Assembly: GCA_963785305.1 (NCBI GenBank)
Contig: CAWAUV010000007.1
Location: 416,001 to 480,000, forward strand
Length of the DNA stretch: 64,000 bases
Origin: an uncultured Planctomycetaceae bacterium
Lineage (GTDB): Bacteria > Planctomycetota > Planctomycetia > Pirellulales > PALSA-1355
Reading direction: 5' to 3'
Each line of letters opens with the position of its first letter. The stretch's first letter is position 1. Both the position numbers and the translations under genes were made by a program. Of this stretch, positions 11,380-24,695 are shown in pieces. Under the pieces are notes generated by a model that was given only the letters and a program-made list of their open reading frames with translations, was not told the DNA's origin and ran no database searches.

Positions 11380-11461
11380 GGAGGGTAAGCGAATGGCTAG
11401 CGGCGACACTGGAAATGTCGTGCCGGGAAACCGGTTGCGGGTTCGACTCCCGTGCCCTCCG
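11380..11461 (+). tRNA. tRNA-Ser (anticodon GGA), long variable arm, CCA not encoded
   Basis: Anticodon stem CGACA/TGTCG with loop CTGGAAA, variable arm CCGG-GAAA-CCGG, T-loop TTCGACT, acceptor GGAGGGT(A)/(T)GCCCTCC and discriminator G. Confidence 0.93.
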
Positions 11462-11470
11462 CTCAGCGCG

Positions 11471-11501
11471 AAGCCGTCATCGTAACTCGATGACGGCTTT
11501 T
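11471..11501 (+). terminator. Intrinsic terminator after tRNA-Ser
   Basis: 12-bp stem AAGCCGTCATCG/CGATGACGGCTT running into a T-rich tract. Confidence 0.8.
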
Positions 11502-11693
11502 AGTTTGCGCCGTTTTTATTTTCAGTCTGCTTTTGAATGCGTTGATTTTGCGCTCGCTTGGCCTCGGCGTCGTCGGGGCGCTTTTTTCGCCTTGGCTTCT
11601 TCCAATAGTTAGGAGTCGGGTCGCCCGTGGTGCGACGGCCGTGAAGCCATTCGCGGGGCTCCGGCGTTCGCATTCATTGCCGAACGCCAAGAA

Positions 11694-12963
11694 TCAATTG
11701 CGGCCCGGAGTCGCCTGCTCGGCCAGTTCCGCTTCGATCGAGAGCAGGCGGTTGTATTTCGACAAGCGTTCCGAGCGGGTCAGCGAGCCGGCTTTCGTGA
11801 AGTCGGCCGACCAGCCCACGGCCAAGTCGGCGAACCAATCATCTTCCGTGTCACCGCTGCGCACCGAAGCCGTGACGCTCCAGCCCGCGCCGCGCACGGC
11901 GCGGAGCGCTTCGAGCGCTTCGCTCAACGTGCCGATTTGATTCACCTTGAGCAAGAGCGAATTGCAGGCGCCGGAGTCGATCGCCCGGCGAATTCGCCCT
12001 GGATTCGTACACAGCAAGTCATCGCCCAGCACCGCGGCGCGTCCGGCGAGAGCCCGGTTCAATTCGGGCCAGTTCGCCCAATCGTCTTCGGCCAAGCCAT
12101 CTTCGATGCTGGCGATCGGATACCGCGCCACCCAGTCGACAATCCGCGCGATCATGACTTCCGACGTGATCGGCTCTCCGGCCAGATGGTAATGCCCGTC
12201 GCGATAAAACTGGCTCGACGCCACGTCGACCGCCAGCGAGACATCGGTTCCGGGCACGAAACCCGCGGAGCGAATGCACTCGACGGCGTCGGCAAATAGT
12301 CGCTCGGGATCGGCGACCGGCGGCGCGAGCCCGCCTTCGTCGGCCGTGAGCCAGCGCATATCATATTTGCGGCGAATCAAATGCACCGCTTCGAGATACA
12401 CGGCCCGGGCCATGACGAGGCCCTCGTCGATCGTGGCGGCGCGCGGCACGATGAGCACGTCTTGAATTGGCGCTTGCCAGCCGGCGTGCGCACCGCCGCT
12501 GAAGAGATTGATCGTCATCGTGGGCATGCGACGGATCGGCTGTCCCGCGAGCGACGCGAAATAGGCATAGAGCGGCGTTTCCGCTTCGGCCGCGCAGAGC
12601 GCGGGCAAAGGCGAGCGAGGTGGCCAGGAGCGCGTTGGCGCCAAGCTTCGACTTATCGGCGGTTCCATCGAGCTCGATCAAGGCGCGGTCGAGGGCGAAT
12701 TGACTGTCGAGATCGGCGCGTCCGGCGAGCGCGTGCGAAAGTTCGTGGCCGATGTGCGCCGCGGCGCGGCGGCATCCGCGGCCGGCGTAGCGCGCCGGGT
12801 CGCCGTCGCGCAGCTCCACGGCTTCGGCGCCGCCGGTCGATGCTCCACTGGGCACCGAGGCCGAGCCCATCGCGCCGCTGGCGAGCTCGCAGGTGGCGCG
12901 CACCGTCGGCCAGCCGCGACTGTCGAGAATCTCAAAACCATGAAGACGACGAATCGGTGTCAT
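11694..12963 (-). CDS. Enolase-family protein (divergent paralog), frameshift near 12610
   Basis: EILDSRG.PTV, VPSGASTG, ADEGG, IEDG, GDDL, LLKVNQIG and RSERLSKYNRLL. Non-canonical QDVLI and SVRSGDTED. Confidence 0.9.
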
Positions 12964-14023
12964 GATGTCGGGCTATCGGGAAGTTTACGAAGAAAGGTCG
13001 CAATCAGATCGATCATTCCGAGCCTTGGCCCGGCGATCAACTGGAGCGTCGCCTGCCGCTGACGAACTCGCTCCTCGGCGGTGAGATATTCTAGCGGCGA
13101 GCGACCCGCCACGCGCGCGAGCAAGCAGCCGAGCGCATGCGCCACGGCCCGTTGTTCGAGATCCGTGTCCCAGGCCACTTGGCCCAGCGCGTGGCGATAA
13201 CTTCGCCAAAAAATGCCCGACGGCGCGAGCCAGCGCGGCGCGGCGCGTGGCCAGATGGTGCGCCTTGCCGAGCAAATGCGCCATGGCGAACCCCACATCG
13301 AATCCAGCGTCGCCCCAGTGCGCCACTTCATGGTCCAGCAACACCAGCTGGCTCTGGCGAACCAGCACATTCTTGGGGCTATAGTCGCCGTGCGCGAGCG
13401 TGTCGCGGCGACGGCGCGTCGTGTCGACCAGTTCGCGCAAAAAGTCGGCTGCCGCCGGAAGTCGTTCGGCGACAAACAGATAATACGGCTCGAGCCGGAG
13501 GGCGTCGAAAAACGAGATGTCGCCCAATTCGGCCGGCATTCGCGCGCGGGCCAGATAGGCTTCGCGGTGCATCGTGCCCAACAAACCGCCAAACTGCTCG
13601 CAATGCGCGTCCTCGGGCGCCCGGCTCAAGAGCATTGCTTTCCAATTCTCATGCGGCAGCGGCACGAATTCCAGCGCGAGCAAATATCGCGGCCGATCTT
13701 CGAACACCACGGGGCTCACGGCGCCGGCCGGCAGCAACTCCGTCAGCCACTTCGTGGCGAGCGCTTCGCGATGGATACGGGCCGGGTCGCAGCGCCATTC
13801 CGCTTGCGTGCGGAGTCGGGAGAGCGCCTGCTTGAGCACTAGGCGCCGGCCGCAGGGCCATTCGACCAGCACCGTGCGACCGGAAACGCCACCCGCGAGC
13901 GGGCGCGAGCGGAGCTCAAGCTCATCGGTGGCTTGGCCGATCGCGCAGATACGCGGCCAGTTCCCGGGGCCGCTCGATATCGAGAGTCGCGAGCGGCTCG
14001 CGCGAGGGAGGAGGCGTCGTCAT
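12960..14023 (-). CDS. APH/methylthioribose-kinase-like phosphotransferase, frameshifted
   Basis: LAGGVS, LVLKQAL..LR, LRLEPY, HGDYSPKNVL and LLDHEVAHWGD. The stop overlaps the enolase start (ATGA). Confidence 0.85.
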
Positions 14024-14044
14024 GAGGCGAGCTCGGCCAAGGGA

Positions 14045-17000
14045 TCAATCTTCGGCGGCAAGTTGGCGCCGCTCTCGCCACCACTTTGCCGCTCGCCATA
14101 TTCCGCCCGCGACGAAAATCGTCATTCCCAACACGCTGGGATATAGCATGAGCCACCAGAGCAACCCGATGGCCATGAGGCCCGAGGCGACCGAGATCGT
14201 GCGCCAGTGAACCCGCGCCATGAGCCACATGCCGGCGAACCCGGCCCCGGCCAGCGCCAGCGCGGCCAGTGCTCTTAGACTGCCATCATGCGCCGAGACG
14301 GCGTACTGCAAGTTCGCGCTGCCCGAGGGTCGCGGCCCGGCGACGGCGAAGATCGTGGGCACATCGGCGACATGCATCGCGGCGATGAGTTCGGCTGGAT
14401 CGCTGGTGATATCGGGTTCGGCGCGTCTCGTCGCGGGCGCGGCGCCCAGGCGTTCGGCGATGCTTGCTTGTTCGCGTTCGATCGCCCGCGCCTCGGCCTC
14501 TTGATCGATTGCTTTTCGGGCGCCGGCGCGAATTTGTTCCTGATGGATGCGTTCGCCGGATTGTTGGAGCCGATCTTGCCAGCGCGGATACCAGATCGCA
14601 ATTTCATCGGCCCGTTGATCGGCGGCGACTTCAGGAGCGACATCGAGCAGCGCGGCGGCGCTTTTCATGCGCCAGAGTTCGGCTTGGGCCACGTTCTGCG
14701 CGGCGGGGCCGCCGAGAATACGCGCGGGGCCAAGCGGCGCGGGGGCATGAATGGTCCACAGCGTGCGCTCGACCGGCAGGTCCATGATCTTGGGCGCTTC
14801 GATCCGAACGGCGCCGGTTTCGACCGAACCGGAAATCGTTCCCCGAAACACGACTTCCACTCGCTGCGGCAACTGGCGCGAGATAAAGGCAAGCCGCCAC
14901 TGATTGGCCGACGCCGGCTCGAGCGGCGCGGGAATGCCGCCCACGCTGGCGCTGAGCAGTTGCGAATGCGCGGGCGCTTCGAACAAACAGCCGCCCACGC
15001 CCGAGGGCTCGATATCAAACGCCGCCACGCCGTGGCATTGGCCATCGGTCTGCCAGGCCGCGCGGATGTCGGCCAAGCGCACCAGCGGCGAGCCGGCCAT
15101 GCGCTCGACGGATTTGAGCGCGGCCTGAAATCCCTCGCCCAACACCTGATAGGCCGCCACGGCGTCGAGCGCCGGCAGCCGTCCGGCGAATTCGCTGGGG
15201 AGTTCGGCTCCGCGCAGGCCGACCGTGTCCCATTCGACCTGCTGCAGTTCCAACTGCGTGGGCAATACGATATAGCGATCCAAATGTCCGATCCCGGGCG
15301 CGGTAATATCCGGCGCGCGCAAGCGGTCGACGCCGCTCGTCAGGCGCCCGCGGACGCGGAGCTTGAAGTGATCCTTGATCGCCGCCGCGGGATGGATGCG
15401 CAGTTGGCGGCGTTTTTCGCCGGGCAGGGGCGCTACTTCATGCGGCAGCGGCGGATCGAGTTGAAACGGCTCGCTCCACTGGGGCGGAATATCCAGGCGA
15501 ATCGTGTCCATGAGTCCACGCGACACATCGAGCACCAGATCGGCTTCCGCCATCCAGGCCTCGTTTTCGCGCTGCACGAACGTGACCAACGTTCCCCGCG
15601 TCTTCGGCAGATTCGGATGCAACTCGAGCGCCGCCGCCGGCGCCCGGCCATGCGCAAATAAGAACCCACGGGACTGCCGAACTCGGCGTTCGGGGCGCCA
15701 CATCGTCGCTCTCCAGCGTCAGATCGCGCAGATTTCTCAGCGACACCAGTTCTCCCGGGCCACGGTACACGCACACGCGGCTCTTCTTCACATCGGCCGC
15801 CGGTAGCCGCAGATAAGGCATCGGAATCACTCCATCGGCCGGCGCCGGCATCGTGCCCCGCAGCTCCAGTTGCTGCGCGCCGAAAGTTGGCTGTTCAGAA
15901 AAATCGTGATGCGACCCGAGCCGTCTTGCGACCAACGGGCCACGCGCTGAAGTCCATCCTCGAAAAGCGCCACCCGCTCGACCCGCAATCCGCGCGGTCC
16001 CTCGAGCGAAAGCTGAAAACTCGAAGCGGTGAGCGATTGCGAGGACACTTCCAACAGCGCCGTGATGCGTCCTTGCGCGATGCCGAGCGAAAGCGTTTGC
16101 TCCACCAGCGGTCGCAGTTCGCGCGGTCGCGTCGAGAGCATCAGCGGCGCCTCGGAGCGGGGCAGGCTGTAGGCGGCGCTCGGCCGCGAATCGCTCGGGC
16201 CCCAGGCCGTGGCGAAATCCGGCACCGCCAGCGGCTTCGCCTCGGCGGCAGGCTGCTCCTCGCACACCAGCGACGGATCGATCGACACCGCCATCCAACG
16301 TCGCGTCGTGCGCGCGTCGCTCACTTCCAATCGCGGCAGACGAATGTTGCCGATACCCGAGGCTCCGGCGAGCACGAAGCGTAGGTCGATCGTCGCGCCG
16401 TCCGCCAAAGGCCGGGCCAGTTCGAGATCGATCACTTGCGGATCGCCCGGCAGGACATGCGACTCGGCCACGATCGGCGACTCGGCGCTGCCTGGCAGCA
16501 GCCGCAACCGCGGATCGGCCATCAGTCGCACCTGGCGCACGCGGCCTTCGTTCACGCGCAGTCGTAGCCGGACATCGAGCGTGAGCGCGCCGGGGCGCAC
16601 ATGCAACCAGCACAGTTCCTCGGCCTCGACATTGTTCGCCGCGCCATCGGCCCCCGTGGCTTCCTGCCATCGGGCGGCGAAGCGCGCGGTAGGTCCCAAG
16701 TGGCCCGACATCATGCCCTGCTCGCGCGAAAAAGTGACTTCGCCCCGCGCACTCGAAACCTCAATGGTCGGGGCATCGACCGGGGCCGTCAGCTCGAACT
16801 CGGCCAGCGCCAGAGGCGGGATCGCCAGCTCGACTCCACCGGCGCGAGCAACGCTCGGCAGCAAGTTGATTTCCACGCGGTATTGCCCGGGATCGGTGAT
16901 CTGGAAACAGAGGGCCCCATGCGCGGCGTCCCACTCGACCGGAGTGGGCTCGCCATCGACGCGCACGCCGCCCTCGCCAAACGCGGCGCTCTCTCGATCG

Positions 17001-20000
17001 ATCGTCAGGCGAATCGTGGCGTTGGGCTCGAACACGTGTAGATCGAATAAACCCTTGAGCTCGTTGAGCGCCACGCGGCGCTGGGCGGCGTCGCGCGCGA
17101 GCACGCCGCGATAGTCGGCCCCCGCGAGCAGCCAAGCGCCCGGCCGGTTCGACGCCGCGTCGGCGGCGGCGTACATCTCGGCGTAGAGCCGTTCGGGAAT
17201 CGAATAATACTTGCCCGAGGCGAGCTGACCCGAATCGTCGACCGGCACGAACACGGTATAGGTCGGCGTGGCTCTTGAAGCCGGCTTCGCGCTCTCGCCC
17301 GTGTTTTTCGACGATTCACCGCCGGACGCCGGTTCGCCCCGGGCCGCCGCGTCGCCGCGCGGGTTCGCATTTTCCGCCGCCCACGCGCGAGCGCCCCAGA
17401 TTCCGGCCGCGAGCACCAGCGCGGCTCCGGCGATCCATTGCGGCCGAAGATCCTCGGCCACGGCGCCGATCGAGCCGGCGGGCGCCAAAAGCAGGGCAAG
17501 CCTTCCGGTGAATAGCAGCGCCAGATAAGCCAACACCGCCAGCAGCGAGGGCGCCAAGATCAAAGTCCAAGCGGCCGGCACGATCATCGCCAGCGCCGCG
17601 ATCAGGCCGGCCATTACCATCCAGGGCGCCGCCCGCTCCAATCGCAGCATGGCGCCGCCGGCCAAGATCAACACACAGAGAGTCCAACCGCATAGTTGCA
17701 TCGCCGCGGTGCGCACCAGCCGCACGCCGGGCGTTTGATGCCGCGACCACTGCACGCTCCAAGCGTTCCAGCCGCGCGAGCCGGTCAGGTCTTCGCGAAG
17801 CGCCGAGGGAACCGCCCACGGGGTTCGATCCAGCTTCGCGATCAAGCTCCAAGCGTCGAGACTGATGAATCTTCGCGATCGCCCCGCCGCCGCGGCGTTC
17901 ATTTCATCGGCAAGCGATCCGCTGGCCACGCCAGCATCCGCGAGACCCTCGAGGAAGCGCCACTGCTCGCGGCGCCGGGCCGCGCCGGCCGTGGTGGTGA
18001 GCAACAACTGGTCATCATGCACGAGGAGCATCAAATTCGCGGCTTCGAGCAGCGCTCGGCCCCGAGCCAATTCACGGACCTCGCTTCCGGCCGGCCGCGC
18101 GCTCGCGGCGCCCGTCGACACCGCGTCGTCGGGGCTCACGCCCAGGAGCGCCATGCTGGGTTCGTCGACAAGCAGTGTCCATCCGGAGCCGGGTTCGGCC
18201 GCCTTCCAGCGCGCTAACAATTGCCGCCACGTGATCGGTTCGCGAGCTTCCGCGGCGATCGCGCCTAGGGCGGCGATGGCCGTCGAGAGCCGACCGGTCG
18301 CCGCCGACCGGGTAGCGACCGGCTCAAGCCGATCGACCCAGCCTCGCCAGGAGTCGGTCGCCAGAGGGTCGAACCATCCTTCGCGCTCGCTTCGCCCCAG
18401 TGGACCGAAGAGCCGCTGGCTCCAGGTGAGGCTCGGCGCGGAGTCGCCTTGCCAAGGCGTGTCGCTCTCCAGGAGCGCATAGCCGGGCGGAGTCCACGCC
18501 ACCCAGTGTTGGTCGAGCACCGGAATATCGAAGGTCGGTAGCGGCGCGGCGACGGCGCCGGTCACCAGCGGCAGCGAGTCGAGCGTCGAATACAACAGCG
18601 CGATCGTGACAAACGCCTTGCCGGCCGGCAATTCGAGCCGCAACCCGGCGCCGTCCTCGATGGCGCTGGTGGCGCTTGGCGCTCGTCGATCCAAGCGCTT
18701 TCCAGCATGGCGCCGGGCGGCAGATCGCAACGCACGCCGCGACGCCCGGCCGACTGCACATCGAGCACCGCCAGATGGCTGGCCGGCCCGTTGACTCCAT
18801 AGCGCGAATCGAGCGAACAGTTCCAGGCCCACGCTCCGGCGAGTCGCTGCGCACCGAGGTTAGGGTAATCGCGAGCGCCGGCTCGGCGATCATCGCGTCG
18901 CGCGAGGGTTCATAGCGAAACGAGCCGCGAGCGGTTTGCAACCGATCATCGGGCAAGAGCTCCGGCGGAATCGGCTTGAGGCGTCGATTGTGAATCGCCA
19001 GGCCCGCGTCGCCGAGCGCGCGAATCGAAATCGAGCCTTGCTGGCTCGTGGCTTCGGGCATCGAGGCGAGCGCGAGCGTGAGACTGTTCGACGCCGGCGA
19101 TGATCGCACGGCCCGCAATTCGAAAGGTCCCGGCTGCGGAGCTCGAAACACCACTTCCCAGGTCTCTCCACCCGCTTGGCGAAGCGGATCTTGCGCGTCG
19201 CTCAACCGGTGGGCGGTGACTTGTCCCTCGGCGCCGGCCAGCGACCAATGCGGCGCTTGCTTGCGGCCTTGCGAAAAATGGACCAGCACCCGATCGACGC
19301 GCGATTCATGGGGCTCGCAACGAAAGCGAAAGCTCTCGCGCAGCAGTTTGTCCTCGACCGTCGCTTCGATCGCGATCTCGGCGCTGTAGGTCGGCCGGCG
19401 TCCCATCATCCAGACTTGCATCCGGCCCAGCGATTCATCGACCACATAGACCGGCCCGACCGGCTCGGCGGGAAACAGTCGCAACTGGGCCTGCTCGATC
19501 TTGGCCGACTCGCGCTGATTGACTTCATCGCCATGCAAGGCGTGTAAATCGTAGTTTTCGGGAGCATGCACCGTGAGGAGCTGCAGGCCATCGGTTCCGC
19601 GGAAACGCGCCATGAGCAACTCGACGCCCGAGAGCTTTTCGCCGATGGTCGTGGCCCGGTGCCCGCGCAGATTGAGCGTGACATTGCGCCGCGGAGAAAC
19701 GGCGTGTTTGAGCCGCACCAGCAGTTCTTGGGAATGGTCGGGCTGGGGCGTGATCGACCAATCCGACACGTTGTCGGCGTCGGACTCCACGGAGTCGATG
19801 AGCCACTTGCGGCCGATTTCGGCGCGAATCTGAAATCGTTCGCCCGCGCCGAGCTTGAGTTGGGCCACGGCCTGGGCCGTCATCTCCGCGGCGCTCATTT
19901 CCACCCAAGTTCCGGAATCGACCACCAGCGGCTGCTCGGGCTGATCGAGCATCACCTCGATCGAAGCGTCGGGGCCATAGCACTGGAGCGAAATCGTCTC

Positions 20001-21268
20001 GCCCGACGCCGAGCCGGCCGAGGGAATCATGCCGGTTTGACGGCAGCCCGTGAGCGTGAGCTGTTCGATCGACAGCGGTCTGGGGGCCACGATCTCGGCG
20101 GTTCCTTCTTGCCAAAACATGTCGTCGGGTCGCAACCGCGGCAGGCGCCGCTTTTCCCCCAGCGTCAGCGGCGCTTCGGCCGAAATGCGCAACACCCGCC
20201 CCGAGCCGAGAATCGGCTCGGGCAGGTCAAACGCCACCCGCGCCGGGCCGTCGTCGTCGCCCGAGACGAGCGACCATGGCACGCCGGCCTCGCCGATGCG
20301 AGCGGCCAGCACATGCAGTCCGGGATCGAGATCCACGAACAAGCGTTTGAGGGGCTCGTTATGAATATCGAGCCGCAAGGTTGCCGTGAGATCGACGCCG
20401 CGCTTCGTGAGCTCGTAACTCAGATTCTCGCGCAGGAGCGTGAGGCGGCGGCGTTCCTGGGCGGCGCCTTCGGCCAGCGCCCGAAAGCGGATTCTCGTTT
20501 CCCCGCCCACATCGATACTCCAGCGTCGAAAGCCCTTGGGTCCCGCGCCAGGCAGTTCATAGGCCACGCCATGATCGACCACCGCCGTCATTTTTTCGGG
20601 GAGGTCGCAAACCAGTCGCGAGCAGGTCGAGGGCGGCAACTCGAGGGCGAAGCTGATCGACCCGCCGGCGGTGCGATCGCCGCGCTGCGCCCAGTGGCCG
20701 CGCACATCGCCGGCGCGGTCGACGAACAAGCCCAGTCGTCCGTCGGGCCCGGCGCCGAGCAATGCCCGGTGGTCGGCGGCCGAGGCGTCGTTGGGTCGAG
20801 CGTCGTGTTTGTCATCGGTGGTCCAAGCGGCGCGTCGTGATCGCGAAGCTGCAAGGGTCCAAGGGCAAAAGCGCGGCTTGGGGATCGCGATGGTTCACGT
20901 TCCAGGTGAACGATCCTGAGAGCACGTCGTCGTCGCCGATGCGAGCTTCGTAGGTGGCGGCGATCAGTTGGGCCGCGGAAAACTTGCTTGCCTGCCCGCC
21001 GCCTTGGAGCAGTTTGACGAGGCGTTCGAACTCGGCTGCCTCGATCGGCAGATAGTGCTCCGTGCCCAGCGGCCAATCCGCCACGCGATCGGCCGGCACG
21101 AATACGCGGCGAAATTGAAACGGCGCCGTGCCCCGCGGAACCGATTTCGCCGCGACCTCGGGCAACTCGGCGCACGCCCGCGAGGCCAGCAGGCAAAGGC
21201 TGGCCAACAGCGCGAGGGCGACGCCTCGGCTTGTGGTCCATTCGCGGGCGCGAGATTCGAGGGTTCAT
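14045..21268 (-). CDS. Giant (~2400 aa) uncharacterised envelope/membrane protein, multiple frameshifts
   Basis: Consecutive coding-like ORFs 20812-21207, 18324-20762, 15827-18832 and 14045-15703. Signal-like N-terminus, beta-rich domains, internal and C-terminal TM clusters. Confidence 0.7.
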
Positions 21269-24200
21269 GATTTCGCTTCCGTGCGCCGAGCACCAGGGGC
21301 ACGGTCGCGGTCGACATTTGCGAATTGCGCTGGACCGAGCGCGGCGCCAAGCTGCGTTCCATGACCGACGACCCCGCGCATCACCGGCGGCGAGGGCAAG
21401 GACTCGTGACGCACTCGGCTGGCCAACCAAACCGCGAGCAGCGCCAGCGCCAAACCCAAGACCGAAGCCTGCGCCACGAGAATCGTCGTCTCGGGCTCCG
21501 CGAGCGCTCCGGCGGCCAGCAGCACTCCCGCGACCAAGAGCACTCCGGGCCGCCGCGCGGCCGGAGCGTAAATCAACGCCAATCCCGCGAGCAGGGTCGC
21601 GAGCGAAGCCGCGAGCACGAGCCACGACCGGCGAATCGTCCAGACATCGAGTTCGACCTGCGGGCCCAGGCGGCTGAATAAATAGCGGTTCGCCGCGGCG
21701 CTTTCGGGTCGCCATCGCTTGCTTCCATCCAGTCGGGCGTGGCGCCGGTCCAAGCCTCGAGCTCCGGCTGTTCGCGCGTCGGCTGCGCGGCGCCAGCCCC
21801 AGCGGTCCCAAGCCCAAGAGAACTCGCGGGTGTAATGCGATGGCGAAAACAGCAAATGCTCTGCGCGGCGGCAAAATAAGCTGCCAGTAGAGCCGCCGCA
21901 CCCAAACCTCGGGGCCAAACTGCGCGGCGGTAAACCGCGCATGCGCGCCCCAATCCTTACGGGCGAAATGATATTTGAGCTCGAGCAAGTGCTCTCGCGA
22001 CGGGGCGCCGCTCGGCAAACGCACCGTCGAGGTTGTTGTCGCGATCGATGTCCGGCGGAAACGGTTGATTGTCGAGCCGGCCTTCGACCGTGGCCGGCGC
22101 CACTCCGGTCGGCATCATCAGTTTCGCCACCGGCGCGCTGGTGCTGAAGCGAAACACGACCCGCTCTTGCCGCAGTCCCTCGCTCAGCCAGGTTTGAATC
22201 CAACCACGATCCACGACGGTCGAGCCGGGGGACTGTCGTTCCTTGAGCGTGGCGGCGAGCGCGGCCTCGGGAACGAAGTCGTGGGCCACGAGCATCATTT
22301 GGCCCGGCTGCGTGGCGGAAAATCGTGGCTGGCCATCGATTGCCCAAGCGCCCTTGCGGAGGCTGACCGTGAGCCCTGGCTGGGCCGCGACCATCAATTG
22401 ATTATAGGCCGCGCGGCCATCGCGCGGCGTCACCAAGAGTAGCGAGATCGGCACGCTGGTGGCCGGCAGCAGCTTTTCTTGGGGGATCGAATACGCCACA
22501 TGCACCTCGAAGCGACCGATCCGCGCCGCGGGCAGGGCCACCCGTAGCGTCGAGAGGCGGTTATCGCCCTCGGCTTCGGTCGGGGCCACGGTCGCGGTGA
22601 GTCGGCCCCCGTCGAGCGTGATTCGCAATTTCTCGACATCGATCGTCGGCGGCGCCACGAGCGTGAGCTTATCGATCGGCTCGTAACCGACTTGATAGAT
22701 GAATCGCTGCTCGATCTGGATTTCGTTTTCGCCCACTTCGGCCTGACTTACCGACTCGATCGCCACGCTCTTGCCATGCACGCGAAAATCGCTCACGAAG
22801 CGAGCTGGGGCCGATTCGCACCGATACAGAAACGGCTCTTGCTGACGCTCCGGCAATTTCATCGAAGGCTTGAGCGTCTGGGCCGATAAACCGACCAACG
22901 CCGCGGTTTTGGGCGTGAGCTCCACATTGTCGTCGGGCAGCACCACCACCATCGCTTGGCCCACGGCCTCGGCCGTGGGCCGCGGAATCTCGAAGGAGAT
23001 CTGCCGCGCGTTTTTAGCCACCCCCAGCTCGGCCTCGATCAGAATCTCGAAATCGCCGCTCGTGGGCTGCGCCAATGGCACGCTCACCAGCCCCGCGTCG
23101 CCGTTTTTCACCGCGTCGACATTCACCAGTCCCGGCGGACCGATGTCTTCGACCTTCCAGCCGGACATATCGACATCGAGCGAGCGAACCTTGGCGCCTC
23201 GCACTTTATACCGCAGCTTGGCGCGTAGCTGAGCGCGCTCGGCGCCGACCAAGAGCACGTATTCCGGGTCGACGCTCACGCGCGTTTTTTGCGGAACGAC
23301 CCGCGCCGTGAGCGACGCGGGCTGGACAAAGTATTCAAAGCCCGCCATGAGATCGTCGCGGCGGAGCGATTCGGGGAGATCGTCCACCTGACGCACTCCC
23401 TGGCGGGCGCCCCACACGATCTGCCAGTTGCCCACCACTTGCACCGCGATGTGGCCCCACTGGCGCACCGCGCCCAGCACTTCGAAGCCGGCCAGCTCGA
23501 GCGATTCGCCGGCGCGGGTCACGTTGTAGGGCCGCTCGGTCACGAGGCGAACGTCGACCGGCCCCGCGGTCTTGCGGTCGAGCTGCACTTCGATCACCTT
23601 GCCGGCCGCCGCGTCGTCTTCGCCCGTCGGTTCGATCGGGGCGATCGTCACGCCGCTTTGCGCTGGCCCGACAAGCTCGGCCTCGGGCGGCAGCCGCACG
23701 CGAAAACGATCGAACGACCCCCCGAAGCTCCGCACCGTGAGTCGGGCCTCGGTATTGACGCTGCGTCCATCGATACGTGCGAGCATGGCGCCGGTGGATT
23801 CGAGCACCGTGGGCGCGGCGGCGGTGGGGCCAGCGGCGGCGTGCCAAGCGAGTGTCATTTCGCCGCCCACACCCAGCACGCTGAAGACGGTCTTGCCGGC
23901 GCCGGCCGAGGTCGCTTCCTCGAGTTCACCGCCATCGATCATGCGCGCCGCGGCGCCCTCGAGCGGCACGGTAAGCTTGAGCTGCGACATTGCCCCGCGC
24001 GGGCCGAGAGCTTGAGCCGAGATTCGCCGCCGGCTGTCGACAATGGCGCCAGCACGCGCAGCGACAACGATTGCGGCTGAGCCGGATCGGCCCGCAGCCA
24101 GCAGGTATACCCTTCGCGTTCGCCGTCGAAATGCACCACCGATTCGCCGCCGCCTTCATAATGAGCTGGCTCGCGCAGAACGGCGCTGCCGAACCGCAGC

Positions 24201-24695
24201 GGAATGCGCACCCACTGCGAATCGCCCAGCGTGATGCGAAGGTCGATTGTAAGTTCGGCCCGATCACCCTTGGCCTCGCCGGTGATCAGCATGCGATCGA
24301 TATTGAAACGCGGTTTTTGTTCCTGCTGGTCGAGGCGGTTCTTCAGTTTGTAGAGATCGATGAAATCCTCGAAGCTGAAGCCCGGCACCGCCTGCAAGTT
24401 GCCGTCTTTGTCCTTGAGGTAGAACAGCTTGGGCATCACCTCGCCGGCGAGCTCGGCCTTGCCCGGCGAGGCGGCGGCGTTCGCGGCGGGCTTGCCCGGG
24501 ACGCTCGGCGCGACGCCGATGCCCGCTCCACTTGGAGCACTGGCCGAGGGCGGGGCGCCGCGAACCGGTCGCGATTCTTGCGACGACGGCTCCGCGGCCC
24601 AAGCGGGACCGGCCAATAAGAACAACCCCGAGAGCAATCCGACAATCGCGAGGCCGGCAGTGGCAAGCCGGAAGACGCATTCCACGGTCAAGCAT
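21265..24695 (-). CDS. Large (~1100 aa) uncharacterised exported protein with C-terminal TM helices, frameshifted
   Basis: ORFs 23939-24691, 21957-23990 and the C-terminal part of 21265-22347. Signal peptide, beta-strand-rich body and about 3 TM helices. The stop overlaps the next start. Confidence 0.72.

Noticed and set aside
11380..11700. tRNA-Ser as an integration site for an island
   Set aside because: No integrase and no duplicated tRNA 3' end were noticed in the window.
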